A stretch of DNA of 32,000 nt, from the NCBI GenBank assembly GCA_963699255.1, contig OY969425.1, forward strand, positions 270,001-302,000. Reading direction: 5' to 3'. Positions 15,182-23,700 of the stretch are shown here, piece after piece. Position numbers and translations under genes: made by a program. The notes below the pieces were generated by a model that had not been told where the DNA came from, searched no databases, and saw nothing but the letters and a program-made list of their open reading frames with translations. Source of the stretch: an uncultured bacterium (GTDB taxonomy: Bacteria; Margulisbacteria; WOR-1; CAVSGV01). Every line of letters begins with the position of its first letter. The stretch's first letter is position 1.

Positions 15182-18100
15182 TAATACTTATATATCAGCA
15201 CAGAAACGCTGTTGCCTGATCCTGCCGCGCTTGTTACTGCTATTCCTATCATCTTGCCTGTTTGGAGATTGGAATAACCGTTCACACTGCCGGCAGCCGT
15301 AGATGTGCATATCGCGTCGCCGATGTTTATCGCCTGATTGGCAACTGCGTTCGTTATCCTTCCCGAAACGGCTACATATGCCGTGGTTCCTTCAACGGCC
15401 TGAACGAAACCAACAACATTTGGATCTTTTGCAGTGGTAGATGTTTTTACCGTATTGGCACTTGTCGTATCAAGGACAACAACATTACCCGCCACGACAG
15501 TGCCTGAAAAAGCAAAAGGCACAACAATAAGTCCTGATCCGGAGGTTGAAGTATTTAATCTGGCCGTGTTAGCCGTAACGGTATCTATAGTGACCAGGGC
15601 GGTTGTGCTTATGTCGGAACCGGTTATCGTTCCATTAAGGATCGCATCCGATGTGACCGAGCCTGTTGCCATCTTTGCCGCCGTTATCGTGTTAGACGCA
15701 ATTGCGTCAGAAGTTACTGAACCAGTTGCCATCTTCGCAGCTGTGATGGTGTTAGCCGCGATCGCATCTGAAGTGACTGAACTTGTAGCTATCTTGGCTG
15801 CTGTGATGGTGTTAGCAGCAATAGCATCAGAAGTGATTGAACTGGTTGCCATGTTGGCGGCAGTGATGGTGTTATTACCGAGTTTAGCCCCTGTTATCGC
15901 ATTAGCAGCGATCGCGTCTGAAGTGATTGAACTGGTTGCCATATTAGCGGCAGTGATAGTATTGTTCCCGAGCTTAGCGCCTGTTATCGCGTTAGCGGCA
16001 ATAGCATCTGAAGTGATTGAACCGGTTGCCATATTAACAGCGGTGATAGTGTTGCCTGCGATCTTGGCATTGGTTACCGAACCGCTGGTCAAGTCACCTG
16101 CAACAATGCTGTTGGAGAGGTTCAATTTAGAGTAGGCGATAGCAGCGGATCCGTTAATGTCGACATTGAGTATTGTGCCATCAAGGATGGCGTCTGAAGT
16201 GATAGACCCTGTTGCCATATTGGCAGCAGTGATGGTGTTGTTACCGAGCTTAGCGCCTGTAATCGCGTTAGCCGCGATCGCATCTGAAGTGATTGAACCG
16301 GTAGCCATGTTTGCAGCGGTGATAGTGTTGTTGCCGATTTTTGTGCCTGTTACCGAGCCGCTGGTCAGATCACCGGCGACGATACTATTGGAGAGGTTCA
16401 ATTTAGAGTAGGCGATAGCAGCGGATCCGTTAATGTCGACATTGAGTATTGTGCCATCAAGGATGGCGTCTGAAGTGATAGACCCTGTTGCCATATTGGC
16501 AGCAGTGATGGTGTTGTTACCGAGCTTAGCGCCTGTAATCGCGTTAGCCGCGATCGCATCTGAAGTGATTGAACCGGTAGCCATGTTTGCAGCGGTGATA
16601 GTGTTGTTGCCGATCTTTGTGCCTGTTACCGAGCCACTTGTCAGATCACCGGCGACGATGCTGTTCGATAGGTTCAACTTCGAGTAGGCGATAGCCGCAG
16701 ATCCGTTTATATCCGCATTGAGTATCGTTCCGTCAAGGATCGCATCTGAAGTTACAGAACCTGTTGCCAGCTTTGATGCGGTTATGGCTCCGTCGCTTAC
16801 AGTTGCGGCTGTCGAAGCATTTCCAGCCAAGGTTGCATAGTTTGCTGAGACTGCAGAAGTTGCTGAGCCTGCCAAAGCTGCATAATTGGCTGAAGTGGCA
16901 GTGCCTGCCAAAGTAGCTGAGCCGGCCAAAGTAGCATAGTTAGCATTTGTAGCGAGATCGGCGTAGGCAGCAGTCGATGCATTTCCAGCCAAGGTTGCAT
17001 AGTTAGCTGAGACTGCGGACGTTGCTGAGCCAGCCAAAGTTGCATAATTAGCAGAAGTAGCAGCGCCTGCGGAGGTTGCAGTACCTGCTAGGGCTGCGTA
17101 GTTAGCAGAAGTAGCAGTGCCTGCCAAAGTAGCTGAGCCGGCCAAAGCAGCATAGTTAGCATTTGTAGCGAGATCTGCAGAAGCAGCAGTAGAAGCATTT
17201 CCTGCCAAAGTTGCATAATTGGCGGAAGTTGCAGTCCCTGCAGAAGTAGCAGAGCCAGCTAAGGTTGAGTAGTTTGCAGATGAAGCAGTGACTGCCGAGG
17301 TTGCAGTTCCGGCTAAAGTTGCATAGTTAGCAGAAGTTGCATTTCCTATTACCGTTCCACTAAGAGTCCCGCTGAAGGTCTCTGCGGTTACTATTCCTGT
17401 TACAGCGAGATTGCCTGTTGCCCTGTCAAAAGAATAGGTTTTTGTGCCGCCGTTGTTATTCAGATAAAAATCTTTATCATCTACCCTGAAGATATATTGC
17501 TGGACACCCGCAATAGTATCGAACAATCCAATGCGCATAGGTTTGATGCGTGCGTAACCATAATTATTCCCATCAAAAACGCCTTGAGTATTGGCCCCAA
17601 CTACAACAATACCTTCCGATGTCGCATTTTCGGGATCGCCGTCAGCCGTAAAAGCACCTAATTTTATCACACTGCTATTTTCATAGTTCCATATCATTGT
17701 TCTTCCATATGGGTCGATATTGCCTAATATTATTTTTGCTTTTATTCGATCCGTTTCAGCTGAGATATAGCCTGTTGTGTTGATATTGATGGCCGATGCC
17801 AGATCAACTCCTAATATAGTTCCATCAAGGATCGCATCAGAAGTTACAGAGCCGGTTGCCATTTTTGACGCGGTTATTGCTCCGTCACTTACCGTAGCAG
17901 CGGTAGAAGCATTTCCTGCCAAGGTTGCATAGTTAGCTGATGTGGCAGTGCCTGCGGAAGTTGCAGTAGCTGCCAATGAAGCATAGTTAGCAGAAACAGC
18001 GCTGGTGGCAGTACCAGCTAAAGTTGCATAATTAGCAGAGATAGCAGTTCCTGCTGAAGTTGCAGTACCGGCCAGAGTTGCGTAATTTGCGGAGGCTGCA

Positions 18101-19689
18101 GAGGTTGATGTGCCTGCTAATATCGCATAATTAGCATTTGTAGCGAGGTCAGCTGAGGCAGCAGTGGATGCATTTCCTGCCAAAGCTGCATAGTTAGCTG
18201 AAGTAGCAGTGCCTGCGGAGGTTGCAGTACCCGCTAGAGCCGCATAGTTAGCAGAAGTAGCGGTTCCTGCCGAAGTTGCAGTGCCAGATAAGATCGCATA
18301 ATTTGCATTAGTAGCAAGATCAGCCGACACTGCGGTCGATGCAGTTCCTGACAGGTTTGCGTAATTTGCGGAAGCAGCTGAAGTTGAGATCCCGGCTAAT
18401 GTTGCGAAGTTAGCTGATGTGGCAGTTCCTGCAGAAGTTGCTGTACCGGCCAGAGTTGCGTAATTTGCGGAGGCTGCAGAGGTTGATGTGCCTGCTAATA
18501 TCGCATAGTTAGCATTCGTAGCGAGGTCAGCTGAGGCAGCGGTAGAAGCATTTCCAGCCAAGGTTGCATAATTGGCAGAAGAAGCAGTGCCTGCGGAGGT
18601 TGCAGTACCCGCTAGAGCCGCATAGTTAGCAGAAGTAGCGGTTCCTGCCGAAGTAGCAGTGCCAGATAAGATCGCATAATTTGCATTAGTAGCAAGATCA
18701 GCCGACACTGCGGTCGATGCAGTTCCTGACAGGTTTGCGTAATTTGCGGAAGCAGCTGAAGTTGATATCCCGGCTAATGTTGCGAAATTAGCTGATGTGG
18801 CAGTTCCTGCAGAAGTTGCTGTACCTGCTAGAGCTGCATAATTAGCGGAAGAAGCATTGGTAGCATTTGTTGCGTTGGTAGCGTTATTTGCATTGTTAGC
18901 CCAATCAACTTTTGGAGAGCCAGAAGATCCACCACCGGAGCCAGCCCAGTTAGTGGCATTAGTCGCATTGGTGGCGTTGGTAGCTGAAGCAGCAAGTATC
19001 GCGTAATCAGCAGTAGAAGCACTGGAAGCAGTTCCTGCAGAAGTTGCTGTACCTGCCAGAGTTGCATAATTAGCAGAAGTAGCAGTTCCTGCGGAAGTTG
19101 TAGTGCCGGCCAAAATTGCATAGCTGGCATTTATAGCAAGATCGGCGGATGCAGAGGTAGAAGCATTTCCTGCCAGAGTTGCATAATTAGCAGAAGTAGC
19201 AGTTCCTGCGGAAGTTGCTGAGCCAGCCAAAGCTGCATAGTTAGCTGAAGTAGCAGTTCCTGCCGAAGTTGCAGTGCCAGATAAGATCGCATAATTTGCA
19301 TTTGTGGCAAGATCAGCCGAAGCAGCAGTGGAAGCATTTCCTGCTAGAGCTGCATAATTGGCGGATGAAGCAGTGCTTGCAGAAGTAGCTGTGCCGGCTA
19401 ATGTTGCGAAGTTAGCGCTGGTCGCTGTGATATTTGTGATCGTATTTAGTGAACCATCTATGGTCTTGTTCGTCAGCACTTGAGCATCCGATGTTCCGAC
19501 AATTCGACCAATCGTTCCATGTGAAATAACCTCAGCTGTATGAGTATTGAATGTAGAAAGATCTGTCTTTAAATCAACTGATGACGCAGTCGCGAAGTAG
19601 GAGGGGAGGCTCCCGCCTAATTTGTTCGCGTCTTCGGACGTTCCCATGACCGTTCCGTTAAATGTCCCGCTGAACGATTCGGCTGTCAC
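15181..19689 (-). CDS. Giant repeat fibre protein B, C-terminal portion (no own signal peptide; reading frame is open and homologous up to 19815)
   Basis: 1502 aa.
- The N-terminal about 90 aa align with aa about 610-700 of the 2022-aa protein ([20 protein letters not shown]...[21 protein letters not shown]).
- Next come long Ala/Ser/Thr 'SANYAxLAG' 18/21-residue repeats.
- A unique globular insert of about 150 aa follows.
- Decapeptide 'xITxxx[ILM]xx[GN]' repeats come next.
- The last about 120 aa form a C-terminal domain shared with the 2022-aa protein.
Only a GTG is available as a start, and the upstream in-frame sequence is homologous to the paralogue. Confidence 0.7.
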   Translation of the reverse strand: MTAESFSGTFNGTVMGTSEDANKLGGSLPSYFATASSVDLKTDLSTFNTHTAEVISHGTIGRIVGTSDAQVLTNKTIDGSLNTITNITATSANFATLAGTATSASTASSANYAALAGNASTAASADLATNANYAILSGTATSAGTATSANYAALAGSATSAGTATSANYATLAGNASTSASADLAINASYAILAGTTTSAGTATSANYATLAGTATSAGTASSASTADYAILAASATNATNATNATNWAGSGGGSSGSPKVDWANNANNATNATNATNASSANYAALAGTATSAGTATSANFATLAGISTSAASANYANLSGTASTAVSADLATNANYAILSGTATSAGTATSANYAALAGTATSAGTASSANYATLAGNASTAASADLATNANYAILAGTSTSAASANYATLAGTATSAGTATSANFATLAGISTSAASANYANLSGTASTAVSADLATNANYAILSGTATSAGTATSANYAALAGTATSAGTATSANYAALAGNASTAASADLATNANYAILAGTSTSAASANYATLAGTATSAGTAISANYATLAGTATSAVSANYASLAATATSAGTATSANYATLAGNASTAATVSDGAITASKMATGSVTSDAILDGTILGVDLASAININTTGYISAETDRIKAKIILGNIDPYGRTMIWNYENSSVIKLGAFTADGDPENATSEGIVVVGANTQGVFDGNNYGYARIKPMRIGLFDTIAGVQQYIFRVDDKDFYLNNNGGTKTYSFDRATGNLAVTGIVTAETFSGTLSGTVIGNATSANYATLAGTATSAVTASSANYSTLAGSATSAGTATSANYATLAGNASTAASADLATNANYAALAGSATLAGTATSANYAALAGTATSAGAATSANYATLAGSATSAVSANYATLAGNASTAAYADLATNANYATLAGSATLAGTATSANYAALAGSATSAVSANYATLAGNASTAATVSDGAITASKLATGSVTSDAILDGTILNADINGSAAIAYSKLNLSNSIVAGDLTSGSVTGTKIGNNTITAANMATGSITSDAIAANAITGAKLGNNTITAANMATGSITSDAILDGTILNVDINGSAAIAYSKLNLSNSIVAGDLTSGSVTGTKIGNNTITAANMATGSITSDAIAANAITGAKLGNNTITAANMATGSITSDAILDGTILNVDINGSAAIAYSKLNLSNSIVAGDLTSGSVTNAKIAGNTITAVNMATGSITSDAIAANAITGAKLGNNTITAANMATSSITSDAIAANAITGAKLGNNTITAANMATSSITSDAIAANTITAAKIATSSVTSDAIAANTITAAKMATGSVTSDAIASNTITAAKMATGSVTSDAILNGTITGSDISTTALVTIDTVTANTARLNTSTSGSGLIVVPFAFSGTVVAGNVVVLDTTSANTVKTSTTAKDPNVVGFVQAVEGTTAYVAVSGRITNAVANQAINIGDAICTSTAAGSVNGYSNLQTGKMIGIAVTSAAGSGNSVSVLIYKY
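16114..16665 (-). repeat. 276-bp (92-aa) in-frame tandem duplication, 2 near-identical copies plus degenerate flanking copies
   Basis: 16114-16389 and 16390-16665 differ at only a handful of positions. The antisense ORFs at 16157-16411 and 16433-16687 have near-identical translations. The repeat encodes SAAIAYSKLNLSNSIVAGDLTSGSVTGTKIGNNTITAANMATGSITSDAIAANAITGAKLGNNTITAANMATGSITSDAILDGTILNVDING. Confidence 0.9.
18060..18816 (-). repeat. 378-bp (126-aa) in-frame tandem duplication within the SANYA stalk
   Basis: Sequence starting at 18066 (taccggccagagttgcgtaatttgcggaggctgcagagg...) recurs at 18444. Sequence at 18301 recurs at 18679. The offset is exactly 378 bp, with high identity. Confidence 0.85.
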
Positions 19690-20681
19690 AACACCAGATG
19701 TGTTGATGTTGATATTGGATGCAAGGGAACCGCCCGATATTTTATTTGTTGAGGTATCAACTTTGATCCAGTCAACACCGGATATTTGTGAATTAGATAT
19801 ACCGGAATTTTTACTTCAAGTGAACCATTACCATTCAGATCAACAGTGACATTATCGTACTTATTTGTTGCGGCTTCACCGGTCGGACCAATAAGGCCTT
19901 GAATTCCTTGAGGCCCGGCTTCACCAGTTAAGCCTATAGGACCTTGGGGACCAATAGCTCCAGTCTCACCAGTTGCACCGATAGGGCCTTGAATTCCTTG
20001 AGGCCCGGCTTCACCAGTTAATCCGATAGGACCTTGGGGACCAATAGCGCCAGTTTCACCAGTTGCACCGATAGGACCTTGAATTCCTTGAGGGCCGGCT
20101 TCACCGGTTAATCCGATAGGGCCTTGTATACCTTGAGGCCCGGCTTCACCAGTTAATCCGATAGGACCTTGTGGACCAACAGCGCCAGTCTCACCGGTTA
20201 GACCGATCGGCCCTTGCATTCCTTGAATGCCTTGGATACCTTGAGGGCCAGCTTCACCGGTTGGGCCTTGTGGGCCTGCTTCGCCCGATGCCCAGATCGG
20301 ATTTTGAGATGCGCCTTGGGTCTTTAAAAAGTATCCGCTGGTTCCTGCCGTAAGACTTGCCCAATTTGTCCCATTGAAATAAAGAATATCTCCTTGAACC
20401 TGGCCGGGAATGTTAAGACCCGCAGCCATCGATGCCGTTCCTGATAAAGGGGTGTAATTTGCCGTGATATTTGAAAGAGCAGAGCCGTTTCCAATGAAGA
20501 AGTCTGCTTCAACCGTGCCTCCGTTAGCCAGTATTCCCGACGGCGTGAATAATTGAGATTCTATCGTTGCAGCTCCCAGAACTATAAGACCACCGGGGAC
20601 CTTTAATCCCAGGGCAACAGGATACGCAGCACCTCCAAACAGGAAGATCAGAATCAGTACGGTAAGTACCATTCTTTTCAT
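19686..20681 (-). CDS. Giant repeat fibre protein B, N-terminal portion (signal peptide + collagen-like domain)
   Basis: 331 aa with signal peptide MKRMVLTVLILIFLFGGAAYP. The block [35 protein letters not shown] is homologous to the 2022-aa protein. There are 46 uninterrupted Gly-X-Y triplets, then ATNKYDNVTVDLNGNGSLEVK. The last 40 codons are out-of-frame nonsense relative to the paralogue. Confidence 0.7.
   Translation of the reverse strand: MKRMVLTVLILIFLFGGAAYPVALGLKVPGGLIVLGAATIESQLFTPSGILANGGTVEADFFIGNGSALSNITANYTPLSGTASMAAGLNIPGQVQGDILYFNGTNWASLTAGTSGYFLKTQGASQNPIWASGEAGPQGPTGEAGPQGIQGIQGMQGPIGLTGETGAVGPQGPIGLTGEAGPQGIQGPIGLTGEAGPQGIQGPIGATGETGAIGPQGPIGLTGEAGPQGIQGPIGATGETGAIGPQGPIGLTGEAGPQGIQGLIGPTGEAATNKYDNVTVDLNGNGSLEVKIPVYLIHKYPVLTGSKLIPQQIKYRAVPLHPISTSTHLVL
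19872..20287 (-). repeat. Collagen-like Gly-X-Y region (46 triplets)
   Basis: Hand count of uninterrupted [18 protein letters not shown] ... GPT GEA triplets, covering aa 133-270 of the 331-aa ORF. Confidence 0.9.
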
Positions 20682-20726
20682 TTCAGCACCTTCATTTTAT
20701 TTGTATGTTGCTTGCTTATATACATT

Positions 20727-23700
20727 TTAGAATTTATGGATCCAGATCGTGACTGTCCCTCCCGAATCATTGGTCAATGCTATGCCTATGCATGCGCCAA
20801 CCGTCAAATCGCCGGGTACGGACTGTATTTTGCCGGGCGCTAAGTCTGTTTCAACAGCATCTCCGCGGTGTATCGTACCTGTCGCTTTCGCGTTGGTCAC
20901 CCTGCCGGAGTATGCGACATATACTGTCTGGCCCGCGGCGGTTGTTGTGTTCATCGCAAAGCCCATCACGCCCTGGTCCGCTTCAACCGTTGTTTCCCTT
21001 ACCTGATTATCGGCGCTAGGATCATAGGCCACAACATCCCCGGCCGCTATGGCTGAAGCCGCTGTCATTGGAAGTGCAATGGTGCCGCTGCCGGAAGTGG
21101 AACTGTCGCTTAAATATGCATTTTTGCCGCTCGGGATAACAACATCCCCGCCGTTAAAGGATTCGGCCGTAACATATCCGCTCGTGCTGATATTGATCGC
21201 GCTAGATACGTTTGCCGCCGTTGAAGCAGTCCCTGCCAATGTAGCATAATCAGCGGAAACGGCGGTAGTAGAAGTTCCCGCCAGAGTCGCATAATTTGCT
21301 GTTGCTGCATTTGTGGCCGTGACTCCGGTCAGCTTCGATCCATCACCGTAGAATCTGCCGGTTGAGGATTCGATAGAAGCTGAACCGATCTTGACATTTC
21401 CGTTGACTGACAACTCATATCCCGCTTCGGGGGTCAAAGTTCCCAAGCCGGTGCTGCCATTCATAACAAGGAACCTTCCGGTATCAGCAGCGCTACCGCC
21501 GCTCCCCAAACTGACCTTGAAATCTCCGCCCTTTGTGCCGGGTCCGCCCGAGCCGGTCCCTGTAGTAAAGAGCATGCTTCCTCCCGCCACCCCACCTCCG
21601 AGGCCTGCAGTAAAAGAAAACCCGCCGGCGTTTATGCTGCCCGAAGAGGCCGTGAAAGAGAAAGAACCGCCGCCGCCGGACCCGCCTCCGGTGGACATTG
21701 ATATTCCTCCACCAACGCCGCTGGCCGTAGCGCCGGAAACTGTAAATGTTCCTCCGGTACCTCCGGGAGAAGTATTAGCACCGCCTGTTAGAATTACGCT
21801 GCCACCCGCGCCTGATCCTATTGGCCCGCTACCGGCGGTCAATCTAATGGCTTCTCCCGATGTGCCGTCATTGCCGCCCACGACATGCAGGACACCGGTC
21901 GGATTTGAAGTCCCGATGCCGACGTTGCCGCCAAAAGTGGCCCCTGCCGAATTAGTCAAAGTTCCCGTCATGATATCGCCGGCCTTAAGGACTGCTGTCG
22001 TGGCAACTGTTGAAGTGCCGGACAAAGTTGCATAAGCTGCGGCAGCCGCAGTCGATACCGTGCCAGCTAAATCAGCATAATTAGCTGTGTTAGAATTTCC
22101 AGAGCAAGTAGAGGATGTTCCTGATAAAGCAGCGAAATCAGCAGAGGCGGCAGAAGTTGCAGTTCCTGCCAAGGTTGCATAATTAGCAGAAGCGGCAGTA
22201 GTAGAAGTTCCTGCCAGGGTCGAATAATTTGCCGTTGCTGCATTTGTTGCCGTTATGCCGGTCAGCGCCGATCCATCGCCGTAATATTTGCCGGTTGAGG
22301 ATTCAATAGAAGCTGAACCGATCTTGACATTTCCGATGACAGAGAGCCTGATTCCGGCTTCCGGGGTCAATGTTCCTATCCCGACGTTGCCGCCCATAAA
22401 AGTAAATTTAGCATTATTTCCACCTTCGGAGAGATTCGTAAAGAACATAGATCCGGGTGTTGGAGAATTGGACAGGATGAAATTAAGATCGCCGGCATTG
22501 CCAGCACTGCCGCCTACACCCGTCGTTAATGTTATATTACCCCCTTTTTCATTTTCGCCCGCGGAGGTAGTTCCATTTTGGCCTGTTATGGTTATAGCCG
22601 CCCCCGGATTGCCGCTTGGGGCGCTTCCGCCATTTACGCTTAAAATTCCTCTAACATCCAGCTTCGCTCCCGGACTCGTGGTTCCAATGCCGACGTTGCC
22701 GCCTGAAACAATAAGTTGATTAGTACCGACTGTTAATCCGCTTGCGGGCAAGGTCAGAGTTCCGGTCATGGTGTCGCCGGCTTTTAGCACATTGTCTGAG
22801 GCCGCGCCCGAACAGGCGGACGAAGTTCCACTCAAAGTAGCAAAATCAGCAGAAGAGGCGGTAGTAGCAGTTCCTGCCAAAGACGCGTAATTTGCAGCAG
22901 CCGCAGCCGATACCGTTCCAGCTAAATCAGCATAATTAGCTGTGTTAGAATTTCCAGAGCAAGTAGAGGATGTTCCTGATAAAGCAGCGAAATCAGCAGA
23001 GGCGGCAGAAGTTGCAGTTCCTGCCAAGGTTGCATAATTAGCAGAAGCGGCAGTAGTAGAAGTTCCTGCCAGGGTCGAATAATTTGCCGTTGCTGCATTT
23101 GTTGCCGTTATGCCGGTCAGCGCCGATCCATCGCCGTAATATTTGCCGGTTGAGGATTCAATAGAAGCTGAACCGATATTGACATTTCCGTTTACTGACA
23201 ATTCGTATCCGGCTTCCGGAGTCATCGTTCCCAATCCGATGCTGCCGTTCATAACGCTGAATCTTCCGTTATCGGCGGCACTGCCACCGCTACCCAAATT
23301 GACCCTAAAATCCCCGCCCCTTGTGCCGGGCCCACCCGAGCCAATTCCTGTAGTAAATGTCATTCCCCCTCCCGTACCTCCGCCGCCGAGGCCGGCAGTA
23401 AAGGAAAATCCGCCGCCGGCACCGGCCCCTGAAGCAGCCGTGAAAGAGAAAGAACCGTTACCGCCGGATCCTGCTGCGGAGGTCATTGATATACCCCCGC
23501 CTCCGCCGCCGATTGAACCGCCGGAAACTGTTATCGCTGCTCCGCCAGCACCGGGAGAAAGAGAACCACCACCATTTATCAGGACACTACCACCCGCGCC
23601 TCCTCCTGCTGGTCCAGCACCCGCAATCAATCGAATGGATTCTCCCGATACGCCGTTGTTGTCGCCCACAACATGCAGTTTTCCTGTCGGACTCGTCGTC

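Larger units (their letters stand above)
15181..20681 (-). pseudogene. Single fibre gene (about 1830 aa if repaired) interrupted by a -1 frame change at an A5 (plus strand T5) run at 19808-19812
   Basis: The paralogue reads [18 protein letters not shown]. Here frame A reads LEVKIPVYLIHK..., while the -1 frame reads (S)[25 protein letters not shown]... and runs straight into the 1502-aa ORF. That frame is closed by a TGA at 19816-19818, so the shift must occur within 19800-19815. One extra A (A6) would restore a continuous ORF of the same length as the paralogue. Confidence 0.65.

Noticed and set aside
15434-16687. Plus-strand ORFs 15434-16135, 16157-16411 and 16433-16687, with hydrophobic repeat translations
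   Set aside because: They are antisense to the decapeptide-repeat region of the 1502-aa ORF. Their near-identical sequences simply reflect the 276-bp tandem repeat. I used them only as evidence for that repeat.
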